Positions 9,249 to 20,685 are shown, counted from the first letter of the stretch. The stretch: 64,000 bases of DNA from Opitutales bacterium (GCA_965226885.1 CBDDEL010000009.1:144776-208775), one strand, 5' to 3'. Translations and numbers: made by a program. The notes: generated by a model from the sequence alone, not told the origin.

Positions 9249-11120
9249 CTATTTCAGCAAACCAGGCAGAGTGAGGCTCAGCGCCGGCCAATAGGTGATG
9301 AGGAGGACTCCGGGTATCCGCACCAGAAGCAGGGGAAAAACGGACCGGTAAACGTAGGGCAGCGATTTCTTGAAGCGCATGGCGGAAATAAACAGATTCA
9401 TGCCCACCGGGGGGGTCAGGTAACCAAGTTCGAGATTGGCCAGGAAGATGATGCCCAGGTGAATGGGGTCGATTCCAAAGGCCAGCCCCATGGGGATTAT
9501 GAGAGGCGCGACCACCACAATGGCCGAAAAAATATCCATCACGCAGCCCACCAGGAGGAGAAAAAAGTTCAGGGTGAGAAGGAAGAGCCAGCGGTTTTCA
9601 ATGGTCCGGCCAACCCAGTCAACGGCTTGATCGGGCAGGCGCGCATCGATCAGGTAATTGTTGAAACCCATGGCTACCCCGAGGATGAGGAGAATCCCGC
9701 CCACCAACAGGCCGCACTCCGTAATAACCCTTGGAGTGTCGCGCCAGAATCGCAAATCGCGGTAAATAAAAGTTTCCACAACAAAGGCATAGAGGGCGGT
9801 AACGGCGGCCGCTTCCACCGGGGTGGCAATCCCCCCGAACAACGCCGTGAGGGCGACTACCGGCAGGAGCAATTCCCATTTTGCCACCCACATGGCCCGC
9901 CCTGCCGTCTTTATATTGAATGCCGGAAGATCGTCCTTATTGACGGTTCCGATGGCTCGTCGAACGCCCCACCAGGCCGTCAGACCAAGGATGAGAAGGC
10001 CGGGCCCCAAGCCGCCCAGAAACATTTCCTTAATTGTCACCGTAGCCCCGTTGGAAGTGGCCACCACGGCATAGAGTATGAGGGGTAGGCAGGGGGCAAA
10101 CAACAGCCCCAGCGACCCCGCCGAAGTAAGCAGCCCGAGGGCGTCCTTTTCATTGTATCGGGCTGAAATGAGCACCGGCATGAGAAGCCCGCCGAGGGCC
10201 AGAATGGTCACCCCGGAAGCGCCCGTAAAAGAGGTGAAAAAAGCGCAAACCAGAGCAGTCACAATAGCAGGTCCTCCTTTGATTCGCCCCACCAAGGCTT
10301 GAAAAACTGCAATCAGACGCCGGGACGCGCCCCCTTCGGCCAGAAAATACCCGGCCAGGGTAAACAGCGGGATGGCCGCCAGGGTCGGGTTCAAAACCAT
10401 GCGGTAGTGGTCTACGGCAATGGAGGCGATGGGATTGCGGACGCCCCAAATAAGAATCAGGGCGGCGCCCCCCAAAGCGCAAAAAATGGGCGCCCCTAAT
10501 ATAATGGCTACCCCCAGCAGAAGGAGCAACGGCAGGACCAGGTTCCCTGGGTCCGTGGGAGGATAAATCCCGAGCCCGATAAAACCCCCGCCAATGACCA
10601 GCATGAGGAGGCCTTCCTTCCAGGATTTGGCATTGTGGCGGAGAATTCTCCAGGCTATGACGGCAAACCCTAGAGGCATGAGCGCTTGAATGGCCCACAC
10701 CGGAATCCCGTAAGCGAGTATCTTGCCCGCTTCTTTGGAAATGAGAAAATATTGGCAGCCGGCCACTGCCAGGCCTGCGCAGATGGCAATGGAAAAGGCG
10801 CCGCTAAAGACCGCGGCCCCGGTTTTCCAACGACCTTTGAGGAAAGTAGTCACGGTGGACATCGAGAGCAGGCGGTCTTCCCGCGCCGCGATGGCCGCCC
10901 CCAGCAGCGAGGAGACAAGCACCAGGTGCTGCACGATCGCGGTGACGCCGGAGATGCTTTGTTGGAAAAACTTGCGCAGAGCAATTTCCGCCAGGGGCAG
11001 CAAAACCATGCCGGCCAGGGAAAGCGTCACGAGCAGGTTTTCGAATTGATGGAAATAATTACGCCATGCCGGTCTGCCCCTTTTTTCAGCCGGTCGTTCC
11101 GCTTCGATCTCTGGATTCAT
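9249..11120 (-). CDS. TRAP transporter fused small+large permease (DctQM/TatQM)
   Basis: Highly hydrophobic 623 aa; LAAIPLFTLAG, GIDPIHLGIIF and ELGYLTPPVGMNLF DctM motifs; DctQ-like N-terminal part. Confidence 0.9.
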   Translation of the reverse strand: MNPEIEAERPAEKRGRPAWRNYFHQFENLLVTLSLAGMVLLPLAEIALRKFFQQSISGVTAIVQHLVLVSSLLGAAIAAREDRLLSMSTVTTFLKGRWKTGAAVFSGAFSIAICAGLAVAGCQYFLISKEAGKILAYGIPVWAIQALMPLGFAVIAWRILRHNAKSWKEGLLMLVIGGGFIGLGIYPPTDPGNLVLPLLLLLGVAIILGAPIFCALGGAALILIWGVRNPIASIAVDHYRMVLNPTLAAIPLFTLAGYFLAEGGASRRLIAVFQALVGRIKGGPAIVTALVCAFFTSFTGASGVTILALGGLLMPVLISARYNEKDALGLLTSAGSLGLLFAPCLPLILYAVVATSNGATVTIKEMFLGGLGPGLLILGLTAWWGVRRAIGTVNKDDLPAFNIKTAGRAMWVAKWELLLPVVALTALFGGIATPVEAAAVTALYAFVVETFIYRDLRFWRDTPRVITECGLLVGGILLILGVAMGFNNYLIDARLPDQAVDWVGRTIENRWLFLLTLNFFLLLVGCVMDIFSAIVVVAPLIIPMGLAFGIDPIHLGIIFLANLELGYLTPPVGMNLFISAMRFKKSLPYVYRSVFPLLLVRIPGVLLITYWPALSLTLPGLLK

Positions 11121-11135
11121 CGGTGGTAGGAATGC

Positions 11136-12158
11136 TTAATGGCCTTTTCGGTATTCGTCCAATTGCCCGCGGACTTCATCGAATATATCGGCCGGAACAA
11201 TTTTGGTGCGGACAAAATCGTGAACTTTCTCCGCTTCCCGTCTCCATATTGCCTCAGTAGCGGGGTTTACTTTTTGAACTTTCAACCCCCATTTTTCTGC
11301 CATTGTCCTTACGGACTCCTCGTTTTCCCGTCGTCCTGTGGCCTTGATCTCGTCGCCCGCAATCCGCGCCGACTTTATCATTTCCATGCGCACGGGAAAC
11401 GGAATTTCTTCCCAGGCACTTCTCGTAATGACGAGCGCGCCCACCAGTGGAGACCAGTTGAGCTCGAGCATGTGGGGCGCCGGAGTGTAAATCTGTGCAC
11501 CCAGGGCGATCATCGGCGGCACGGGAACGGCTTCGATGAGGCCGGTCTGCATGCTGGTCAGGATATCCTCCGGTTCTAGGGGGACCACTTTAAATCCGGC
11601 GGCCCGAAAGGTGTCGGCCGTACCGGTGGATCCGGCCCAGGTAAAGAGTTTGAGTTTCCGCAGGTCGTCCGGGGTGATGACCGGAGTTTTGGAAAAGAAA
11701 CGCACCCAGCCCATATCGGCCCAGAAAAGGGCGATGAAGCCTTTAACCCGCAGCCGCTTTTCCAGCATGGGGCGGAGTTTTTCGCTCACATAATCGACCT
11801 CCGCCAGGTTCCTGAACATCATGGGCAAGAATTGCAGGCCGGCCACCGCCGGCTCGATCTCACTCAACCCGGTCGTTGTCAGCAAGCCGGCCTGGGTTTG
11901 TTTGATGCGCATCCGGTCCACCATGGCAGCCTCTCCTCCCTGGATAGCGCCGGGGTAAATAATCAACTCCACAGAATTGCCGGAAGCTTCCCTCCAGGCC
12001 TGCCCCATGCGTTGCAACGAGCGGTGAAAGGAGCCGCCCTTGGGCGCGATGGTGGTCAGTTTTATGATATGTTTATTCTCCGCTGCCTCCATCTTCACCC
12101 CAGCATGAATGGCCGTGAAAAAGGTGAGTAAAATGATTGCGCGGTAGACGGATCGCAT
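11136..12158 (-). CDS. TRAP substrate-binding protein (DctP/TatP)
   Basis: Signal peptide; IKLTTIAPKG, MGWVRFFSKTPV.TPDDL.KLK, LTSMQTGLI patterns. Confidence 0.85.
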   Translation of the reverse strand: MRSVYRAIILLTFFTAIHAGVKMEAAENKHIIKLTTIAPKGGSFHRSLQRMGQAWREASGNSVELIIYPGAIQGGEAAMVDRMRIKQTQAGLLTTTGLSEIEPAVAGLQFLPMMFRNLAEVDYVSEKLRPMLEKRLRVKGFIALFWADMGWVRFFSKTPVITPDDLRKLKLFTWAGSTGTADTFRAAGFKVVPLEPEDILTSMQTGLIEAVPVPPMIALGAQIYTPAPHMLELNWSPLVGALVITRSAWEEIPFPVRMEMIKSARIAGDEIKATGRRENEESVRTMAEKWGLKVQKVNPATEAIWRREAEKVHDFVRTKIVPADIFDEVRGQLDEYRKGH

Positions 12159-12176
12159 GGTGGAGGGGGGATTTTT

Positions 12177-13124
12177 TTAGAGGAAATAGCGTTCGATTCG
12201 ATCCAGGAGCCATTGCGCCCGGCGTTGAAAGATGAGATTGGACAAACGCCATTCTGGGCGAATATCTGTGTCGATGGCGAGAGCCTTGTAAAGGAGCATG
12301 CGGAATTCGGCACGATTCTGGTTGGGAATGGAGACCGCTTCGGCCAGGGCGAGATGAGGTCCCGCTTGTAGACCGCCGGACAACTCGATGGCTCGTTGAT
12401 AGTGGCGCCGCGAACGAATTTCGGGCAATTCCGCATCTTTGCCGCGATTCATCTCGTAGGTGATGAGAAAAGAGTGGATGGCCCCGTAATCGTAGGATTC
12501 GTCCAATTCCAGGGCTCGGTCGATGAGGGCATCGACTATTGGAAGATCGCCGATCAAATCGGCCTCCTTGGAAATGGCTATAGCGGAGATCCAGGCCGAG
12601 GCCGTCCAATAGAGAAGGGGAACATCCTCCATGGCCGCTTTTTGGACAATTTTTTGGGGATTCTCTCGCATCCCGGCCTGAAAACCGGGCATACTCACCT
12701 CCAGGCCCCGCAAGCCGTAGTTGCGGGCTCGCAGGTAGAGTTTTTGAGCCCGGTTGCGAAGGGCGAAAGCGACGTCCAGATCGGTGTCCTCCAGACGATC
12801 GGCCTCTTCCTGAACAAAAGCAAATCCGTACTGGGTAAAACCGCTGGCTGTGGCGTAAAGGAGACCTTCGTGGTCGGGAACCTGCTCCAGTAGCGTTTCC
12901 ATCAATTTCAGGCTGAAAGGCATGGCTGCGCCCACCAGTTCGGGATCGTCGTCCGAAGTGAAAGTCGTGCCACCGGAAGCCAGGGCGTCCCCCATTTTAT
13001 TAATGGCGATTTTTTCCAGCGAAACGCACCCTTGAGTCAAGCATACCAGCAGGGCGAGGGCGAGTCTGGCTCGAATATGATGAGACGAGGCTTCCAGGAA
13101 ATTCAGACAGGCGATATTCTTCAT
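12177..13124 (-). CDS. TRAP-associated TatT-family lipoprotein
   Basis: Lipobox LTQGC; DDDPELVGAAMPFSLKLME.LL, FTQYGFAFV, LYW.A.AW motifs; upstream of DctP/DctQM. Start uncertain. Confidence 0.8.
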   Translation of the reverse strand: MKNIACLNFLEASSHHIRARLALALLVCLTQGCVSLEKIAINKMGDALASGGTTFTSDDDPELVGAAMPFSLKLMETLLEQVPDHEGLLYATASGFTQYGFAFVQEEADRLEDTDLDVAFALRNRAQKLYLRARNYGLRGLEVSMPGFQAGMRENPQKIVQKAAMEDVPLLYWTASAWISAIAISKEADLIGDLPIVDALIDRALELDESYDYGAIHSFLITYEMNRGKDAELPEIRSRRHYQRAIELSGGLQAGPHLALAEAVSIPNQNRAEFRMLLYKALAIDTDIRPEWRLSNLIFQRRAQWLLDRIERYFL

Positions 13125-13412
13125 GAATAGAGGGCCTCCTTTGCTTTCATTTGCAATTTCATAGCCAATCCGTAGCAAAAAGGGAACTGGTAAATTTCTG
13201 GATTACAATTTTGATAAAAAAAGAGGCTCTTCCGGGTTTTGGGTGGGATTTTTTAAAAAGCATAGTCAATATAAGAGGCAATAAAAATCACCGTGGCTTG
13301 GCGTCCCTAAAGAAAGAGATTGAATAATGGCTTTGATTATTTTCCAGCCATGATTTAAGTTGAAGCAATTTATTAAATTTGAAACATCGAAAAACCAAAG
13401 GAGAATCAGGGC

Positions 13413-13898
13413 TTGGACCTAAAAGAAATCAAACAGATCATCGATCTCATGAAGCGCTCGGACCTGAGCGAATTTGAAATCGAGGAAGAAGGATTTAAAT
13501 TGCGCATATGCCGGGGCTCCAAGGGCGACCCACCCCAGGTTGTGACTATGGGCACGACAAGCCCGTTTCCTCCGCATGTCATGGAAGCGGTAGCGGTGCC
13601 CCAACCGCCCGCCGAATCGCAACCTATGGAACAAAAGGTGGAAAAGATGGACGAAAATATCGACTTCATCAAATCCCCCATGGTGGGAACCTTTTACCGG
13701 TCCGCTTCTCCGGAAAGCCCACCCTTTGTCGAAAAAGGTTCCGAGGTGGAGCCGGAATCGATTGTTTGTATCATTGAGGCAATGAAAGTCATGAACGAAA
13801 TCCAGGCTGATATGCCTGCCAAAATCATAGAGATTCTTGTCGAAAACGGTCAATCGGTCGAATACGGGCAGCCCATGTTCAAGGTCGAAAAGACCTGA
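13413..13898 (+). CDS. accB: Acetyl-CoA carboxylase biotin carboxyl carrier protein
   Basis: IKSPMVGTFY and biotinylation motif EAMKVMNEI; TTG start. Confidence 0.95.
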   Translation: MDLKEIKQIIDLMKRSDLSEFEIEEEGFKLRICRGSKGDPPQVVTMGTTSPFPPHVMEAVAVPQPPAESQPMEQKVEKMDENIDFIKSPMVGTFYRSASPESPPFVEKGSEVEPESIVCIIEAMKVMNEIQADMPAKIIEILVENGQSVEYGQPMFKVEKT

Positions 13899-13907
13899 AA
13901 ATCCTCC

Positions 13908-15296
13908 ATGTTCCAAAAAATCTTAATTGCCAACCGGGGCGAGATTGCGCTCCGTATCATCCGCGCTTGCAAAGAGTTAGGTATAAAAACCGTTGCCGTA
14001 TATTCCGAGGCCGACGAGCAATCCCTGCATGTTCAACTGGCTGACGGGGCTATCTGCATCGGCCCCGCCCCCAGCGCGGACAGCTATTTAAAAACCGATC
14101 GCATCATCAGCGCGGCGGAAATCGCCGATGTCGACGCCATTCATCCCGGATATGGATTTTTAGCCGAAAACCCCGAATTCGCGGAGCAATGCGAGGGGTG
14201 CAACATAAAATTTATCGGTCCCAAATCGGAAACAATCCGCATGATGGGGGACAAGGCGGTCGGCCGGGAAACAGTCAAGAAAGCGCGAGTCCCCATCATC
14301 CTGGGCAGCGACGGGCCGGTCGAAAACGACAAGGAAGCCCTCAAAATTGCCAAGAAAATCGGGTTTCCGGTTATCATCAAGGCGGTGGCGGGCGGCGGCG
14401 GCCGGGGTATGCGCCTGGCCCATAATGCGATCACCTTCGCGCGGGAGTTTGTCAACGCCAGCAACGAGGCCGAAAAAGCCTTCGGCAACGGGGCCGTTTA
14501 TGTCGAAAAATACATTGAAAACCCGCGGCATATTGAATTTCAGATCCTGGCTGATCGCTTCGGCAAAACCATTCACCTGGGGGAGCGCGATTGTTCGGTC
14601 CAAAGACGCCACCAAAAGCTGATCGAGGAAGCCCCTTCTCCCTTCCTCAGCAAAGACTTACGAAAGCGCATGGGCCGGGCGGCGGTGCGCGTGGCTCTCT
14701 CCTGCAATTATGAAAATGCCGGCACGGTGGAGTTCCTGGTGGACAAAAACGGCAAATTCTATTTTATTGAAATGAATACGCGCATTCAGGTCGAACACGG
14801 GGTGACAGAAGAAGTCACCGGAATAGACCTTATCAACGAGCAAATACGCCTGGCCGCCGGAGAGAAGCTCGACATGGAGCAAAAAGATATTAAATATACC
14901 CGACATGCCGTCGAATGTCGTATTTGCGCCGAGGATCCGGCTCGTAATTTTGCACCCAATCCCGGCGAAATATCGCTCTATTATCCACCTGGGGGACATG
15001 GCGTGCGGGTGGATTCGCATGTTTACGGCGGCTATACCATCCCGCCATATTACGATAGTATGATGAGCAAAGTAATCACATTCGGGAGAACCCGCGAACT
15101 AGCCTTGGATCGTATGTACAGGGCCTTGAGCGAATACATTATCCGCGGCGTCAAAACCACCATTCCCTTTTCTATGGCCGTGATCCGGGACCCCGTTTTT
15201 CGCCAGGGCGCGGCCACCACTGGTTATGTGGAAGAATTTATCAATCGCACACCAAAAAAAATATTCAGCAACTCCAATCAGGAAAGACAGGAATAA
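13908..15296 (+). CDS. accC: Biotin carboxylase
   Basis: [51 protein letters not shown]. Confidence 0.97.
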   Translation: MFQKILIANRGEIALRIIRACKELGIKTVAVYSEADEQSLHVQLADGAICIGPAPSADSYLKTDRIISAAEIADVDAIHPGYGFLAENPEFAEQCEGCNIKFIGPKSETIRMMGDKAVGRETVKKARVPIILGSDGPVENDKEALKIAKKIGFPVIIKAVAGGGGRGMRLAHNAITFAREFVNASNEAEKAFGNGAVYVEKYIENPRHIEFQILADRFGKTIHLGERDCSVQRRHQKLIEEAPSPFLSKDLRKRMGRAAVRVALSCNYENAGTVEFLVDKNGKFYFIEMNTRIQVEHGVTEEVTGIDLINEQIRLAAGEKLDMEQKDIKYTRHAVECRICAEDPARNFAPNPGEISLYYPPGGHGVRVDSHVYGGYTIPPYYDSMMSKVITFGRTRELALDRMYRALSEYIIRGVKTTIPFSMAVIRDPVFRQGAATTGYVEEFINRTPKKIFSNSNQERQE

Positions 15297-15298
15297 TC

Positions 15299-15763
15299 AT
15301 GCCCAGAAAAAAAGCAGAAACGACTGAAGCATCCGAAGTGCGGGAGATTCCCACCATCAGTGAAGAACCCTCCGGCCTCGGTTCCATACAAATCAACCTC
15401 GCCGTCATTAAAAGCATTGTCCATATGGCAGCCAAAGAAGTTGAAGGCGTTATAACCGTCGGCAAAGGCGGAATTGTGGACGATGTATCCAGCTTTATCA
15501 AAAAAGATTCCGGCTCCGGCATCCACGTGGAGGAGGAAAACGACAGTTACTTCATAACTGTTCGCCTCATCCTCGCATTCGGCTACGAATTGGCCAAAAC
15601 CGCCGATGAAGTACAACGGGCGGTGCGGGACCAGGTTTCCAGAATGACCAATAAGAACGTGGCCAAAGTCGATATCATGATTGAGGGCGTCAGAACCCCC
15701 GATAATACAAAACTGGATGTTCAGGATGACGATATCGACATGTCGACCCACAATACCGATTGA
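15299..15763 (+). CDS. Asp23/Gls24 family protein
   Basis: LGSIQI...VI..I...AAKEVEGV and VQ..V...V..MT...V..V.I.IEGV pattern. Confidence 0.8.
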   Translation: MPRKKAETTEASEVREIPTISEEPSGLGSIQINLAVIKSIVHMAAKEVEGVITVGKGGIVDDVSSFIKKDSGSGIHVEEENDSYFITVRLILAFGYELAKTADEVQRAVRDQVSRMTNKNVAKVDIMIEGVRTPDNTKLDVQDDDIDMSTHNTD

Positions 15764-15799
15764 TTCCAGATCGGTAGTTAAGAATTTTCAGTCACAACA

Positions 15800-16318
15800 A
15801 TGGAATTAATCCAGAACGCGCTCAACCACATTTGGACCGGTCCTTATCCCTGGATTGGCGGCGGCACCCTGTTGCTATTACTTGCCATGTGGCTGCGGGC
15901 CTGCCACCAGCCTGCCGCCATTGTCGCTTTCGACAATCCGGACGGGCAGGTAAAAGTTTCCCGCAACGCCATCAACGAGCTGGCCCAAAGCGCTACCGAC
16001 GACATGAGCGAAGTTGCCAAATGCGTTACCCGCATCCAAACCCGCGGGGGGCACCTAAACGTTCAATTACGGATCAAAATGGTGGCCGGAAGCAATTTAA
16101 GCGAAGTTTCCCTTGCTATGCAAAACCGGGTCAAAAATTCGTTGCGCAACAGTCTCGGGATTGAGAAACTGGGCTCTATCGAAGTTCGCCTGACCGGTTT
16201 TATAGGCCAAAACAAACCGGCCTACCTGCATACCGAACACACTCCCCAATCAGTCGAGACGGAATCCGTTGAAGAATCGACCATAGAGGAGACCCTTGAA
16301 GAAAAAAAAGAAGAATAG
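15800..16318 (+). CDS. AmaP-like membrane-anchored Asp23-fold protein
   Basis: N-terminal TM, G.VKVS..AI..L and Q..VK..L...LGI; adjacent to the Asp23 gene. Confidence 0.6.
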   Translation: MELIQNALNHIWTGPYPWIGGGTLLLLLAMWLRACHQPAAIVAFDNPDGQVKVSRNAINELAQSATDDMSEVAKCVTRIQTRGGHLNVQLRIKMVAGSNLSEVSLAMQNRVKNSLRNSLGIEKLGSIEVRLTGFIGQNKPAYLHTEHTPQSVETESVEESTIEETLEEKKEE

Positions 16319-16389
16319 GGGTCTTGAGACAGGCCATTTATTTAGTCGGCCCTTTTTCTTGTACCTCACTCGCTGATATATTATCCTCA

Positions 16390-17655
16390 TTATTGAGGAA
16401 CCTCCCAGTTATCGGTTCGAAACGGGACTGCGGGAAGACCTTCCCGATTGACAAGGTTGGGTTCTGCCAACTCGTGAAATCCGAATCGCACCGCCACCGG
16501 GAATTCGACTTTTTCGCTCATCACGACAACTTCATTACCTTCGATCTTTGCCTTTGCGAGGTAAAACCGCCGATCCTGGCCCGCAATTTCAAACCAGTTG
16601 AGTTCTTCTCCATCTCTTGATTGCAATCCCCCGCCTGTTTTATCAAAGAGAATGCGCATCCGGTCCTTTTCCACGCGCTGGGATTGATAACGGGGACCAG
16701 AGATAACAAGACCGGCCCTGCCATAGGTTTTGGCCAAGGCAAGTTGACCCAGGCGATGCCCAACCGTCTCTTTGTTGACGGGGTGAATATCATCCAGGTT
16801 TCCGACGTCGGTAATGGTCACCATGCCAGTATTGGGAAGGGCGAGTGCTTTCGCTTGGGCCTCCCAAATCAGAGGTAAATCCAAAGGCCTGGGATTGAAT
16901 TGTGAGTAATTAAAGGGAGCGAGTTGCACAAAATAAAATGGAAAATCTCCCTGTTTCCAAATGTTTCTCCAACCGCGAATGAGCGCTTGAAATTTCTCCG
17001 TGTAGTCTAGCCTGTCTTTACGATTTGACTCTCCTTGATACCAGATTACTCCACCTATGGAAAAGGGAACCAGAGGGTGTATCATACCGTTGTAAAGACT
17101 AGTATTAACTCTTTGCAAGTATGGTACCTGTGGCTTCCCCGGAGCCTGCCTTCCCTCTGTCAGGGCTTGTGTCTTTTCCTTTTCCCAATTTAATAAGACG
17201 CTTCCGTATTCACGCATTGATTCTTCATAGACATTTATACCTTCTTCGATCGTGGAAAGAAAATCATCCCGCGCTTCCCCTTCCGGATAGCCCGATGGCG
17301 GCGTCCACGGTTCAATCTTGGTCCCCCCCCAGGAACTATGGATTAATCCCACTGGAACCCCCAATTCGAGGTGAATTTCGCGACCGAAATAGAATGCAAC
17401 CGCCGAAAAATCGGGGGATGTCTCGGGGTTTGAACGACTCCAATGCCCTATCACATCACTGACGGGGTAACGAGTCGCGTTAATCTCCACAGAAAACAAT
17501 CGTAAATCGGGAATATCAGAGTTGCCAATGGCCTTATCTCCATTTTTTGACAACTTCAACAACCACCACATGTTTGACTGCCCCGAACAAACCCAGACTT
17601 CTCCCACCAAAACGTCATTTCGAGTAATTTCCTCATTTCGCCCAACGATCTCTAG
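16390..17655 (-). pseudogene. Sialate O-acetylesterase (SASA/SGNH), 5' end removed by IS1380
   Basis: GEVWVCSGQSNM, WYQGESN, DIHP catalytic motifs. The frame stays open (LEIVGRNEEITRNDVLVGEVW) up to the IS end at 17656, with no signal peptide or N-terminal domain. Confidence 0.8.
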
Positions 17656-18479
17656 CCCGGATATTTCGTAAAAAAAGTATCGTTGATATGCTTAACTGCT
17701 GATATACAGCAGGATAGATCAATAATTAAAGCAATATCAGCGATGACAAAAGGTAAACAATTAAAGCTACAGTTGACAAGGGTAAAAGGCCGCCGTGTGC
17801 GGGTTGATTTCAAGGGCGGAGAGGTTACTTCGGATGCCGGACTGCTTTTGATCCGGGAAGTGGATCGGCAGTTGGGCTTGACCGAACGAGCGGCCCGACA
17901 GTTAGTGGACAAACGGCAGAAGGGCAAAGTACGCCATGAGGTCTTGGGGATGCTGCGGCAGCGCGTTTACGGGCTGGTGGCGGGCTATGAGGATTTGAAC
18001 GACTTTGATACCCTGCGCCACGATCCATTGTTGCAAACGGTAACGGGGCGCATTGAAACGTTGGCCAGCGCGCCGACTTTGTGTCGTTTTGAAAACGGGC
18101 AGGATCGGCGGGCGGCCTTTGCGGTAAACGAGCTGTTGGTCGAACAGTTCATGGGCTCCTTTGCCGAGGAACCCGAAGAGATCATCCTGGACTTTGACGC
18201 CACCGACAAACCGGTGCACGGGCTCCAGGAGGGACGTTTTTTCCACGGTTATTATGATCATTACTGTTTTCTGCCGCTATATGTTTTTTGCGGTGATCAG
18301 CTGCTGGTGGCCTACCTGCGGCCGAGCAAGATCGATGCCAGCAAGCATGCCGGGGCCATCCTCAAATTGCTGGTTAAACGGATTCGCCAAAGCTGGCCCC
18401 GTACGCGGATTATCTGGCGCGCCGACAGTGGATTTTGTCGAGACCGGATACTCTCTTGGTGCGACCGCAACGAAGTTAG
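17656..18479 (+). mobile_element. IS1380-family element, 3'-truncated (transposase from ATG 17743)
   Basis: End CCCGGATATTTC after CTAG; TSDAGLLL, GYEDLND, LDFDATD, FFHGYY, RADSGF motifs; closely similar to 61162-62743. Confidence 0.9.
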
Positions 18480-18552
18480 CCCGGATATTTCGTAAAAAAA
18501 GTATCGTTGATATGCTTAACTGCTGATATACAGCAGGATAGATCAATAATTA
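18480..18552 (+). mobile_element. 73-bp left-end stub of a second IS1380 nested in the first
   Basis: Identical to 17656-17728, preceded by TTAG, cut off by IS1 at 18553. Confidence 0.9.
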
Positions 18553-19354
18553 GGTAGTGTATAAAAAAAGAATGTTATTTTGTATTTTTAGCTGTACAAA
18601 TAGCGTTAGGCAGCTTATTCTTAGTGCATGGTTACTAAAATTATTAATTGTCGGCACTGTGGAAGTGAAAATATCATTAAATTTGGCAAGACGCCCAACC
18701 ATAAACAGCGCTACCGCTGCCATGATTGTGGTAAACAAAGCCGCGAAAACCCCACAGTGAAATACACCGAAGAGCAAAAAGAAATGATCCTTCGAGTCTA
18801 TCAGGAACGCAGCAGTCTACGCGGTTTACAGCGCGCCTTCGGGGTGAGTCCCAACACCGTTTTGAGTTGGTTAAAAAAAACGACAATCGCTGCGACCGCT
18901 CAAAAGCACGATTCTTGCGGCCCGCCGCCATGATGTCATTGAACTGGACGAACTGTGGTCTTTTGTGGGGCGCAAGAGCGATGCCTAATGGGTTTGGATC
19001 GCTCTTTGCCGACGCACCCGTCAAATCCTCTCCTATGCCATTGGGCCTCGGGATTGGTATCGTTGCCGGGAACTTTACGAGCGTCTGCCACGGGCCTACA
19101 AAAGATGTGCCACCTACAGCGACTTTTGGAGCACTTATGATGAAGTCTTTCCTCATAACCGATCCGTGGGAAAAGAAACCGGTGAAACGGCCCATGTGGA
19201 ACGATGGAACAATACCCTGCGCCAACGACTGGGTCGTTTCACACGCAAAACCCTCTCCTTTTCCAAGCTTAAGAGTATGCATGAAACCTGTCTGAGACTT
19301 TTCATTCATCAATATAATCAAGAATTAGCCACCATTCCTACTTAATACACTACC
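18553..19354 (+). mobile_element. IS1-family element (802 bp), InsB inactivated
   Basis: IRs GGTAGTGTAT/ATACACTACC; InsA zinc finger (CRHC..CHDC) 18628-18933; A8C slippery site 18873-18881; InsB has TAA at 18986-18988 where the other copy has CAA; flanks do not match. Confidence 0.92.
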
Positions 19355-20685
19355 GAATATTCCTATCCCCTATCCCAATTGGATACTCATGTCGTTGCAT
19401 TGGATGCCGCCACGGGCCGCGAAATCTGGAAATCAAGCAGGGGGATTATCGCCGCGGCGAGACCCTGACGGCGGCTCCACTGGTGATTAAAGACAAAGTC
19501 ATTACGGGGATCAGCGGCGGTGAGTTCGGGGTGCGCGGTTTTTTGACCGCCAATGATGTTCGCACGGGAAAACAGATATGGCGCATGTACAGCACCGGAC
19601 CGGAAGATGAGGTCGGCTTTCCCGGGTCGATTGAAACCTGGAAGGGAGATGAGTGGAAACGGGGAGGCGGCACCACCTGGGGCTGGTACACTTATGACCC
19701 GGAACTGGATTTACTCTACTACGACGGAACCGGCAATCCCGGCGCCTGGAATCCAGACCAGCGCCCCGGCGATAACAAGTGGTCGATGTCAATTTTTGCC
19801 CGCAATCCTGACACGGGAATAGCCAAATGGGCCTACCAGAAAACTCCGCACGACGCCTGGGATTATGATGGCGTCAATGAAAACATACTCGTTGACCTGA
19901 AAATAGGAGGCGAGTTGCGCAAAGTCCTGGTAAATTTTGATCGCAACGGATTCGGCTATACGATGGACCGGGTTACGGGCGAACTGCTGGTGGCGGAACC
20001 CTTTGTCTTTGTCAATTGGGCCAAAGGGATCGATCTGGAAACGGGTCGCCCCATTGAAGATCCCACAAAACGCACCACCGCCAAACGCAACACCAAGAAC
20101 ATCGCCCCGGCCGCCATTGGAGGCAAGGATCAGCAGCCTGCGGCTTACTCCCCTCGCACGGGTCTATTCTATGTGCCTACCAATAACATCAAGATGGATT
20201 ACGAAGGAGTTGAAGTGAAATACCAGGCCGGCCAGCCCTATGTGGGGGCAATTGTGCGGATGATGCCCGGGCCGGGAGGCAACCGAGGCGAGTTTCTGGC
20301 CTGGGACGCCACCAAGGGCTAGAAAGTCTGGGGCATCAAGGAGAATCTGGCAGCTTATGGCGGCGCTTTGGCTACGGGAGGAGATGTTGTTTTCTACGGC
20401 ACCATGGAAGGGTGGCTGAAGGGGGTGGACGCTAACACAGGTAAAGTTCTGTGGAAGTTTAAGACTCCTTCAGGCATAATCGGCGCTCCCATGACTTATC
20501 AAGGTCCTGACGGCAGACAATATGTAGCCATTCTTTCCGGAATTGGAGGATGGGCGAGCATTGGCGCCGCTGCCGGGATCGGGGCGGAAGATCCCACCGC
20601 CGGCCTGGGCGCATTGGGCGCGTTTGGCGATGTCAGCGATATCAGCAACCTGGGTGGTGTGTTGACCGTTTTTGCACTGCGTTGA
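19355..20685 (+). pseudogene. xoxF: PQQ-dependent methanol/alcohol dehydrogenase, XoxF-like (lanthanide-type)
   Basis: [46 protein letters not shown] motifs. 5' part missing; 7-nt duplication 19362-19375; 1-nt loss at 19430-19432; in-frame TAG 20320-20322. Confidence 0.85.
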
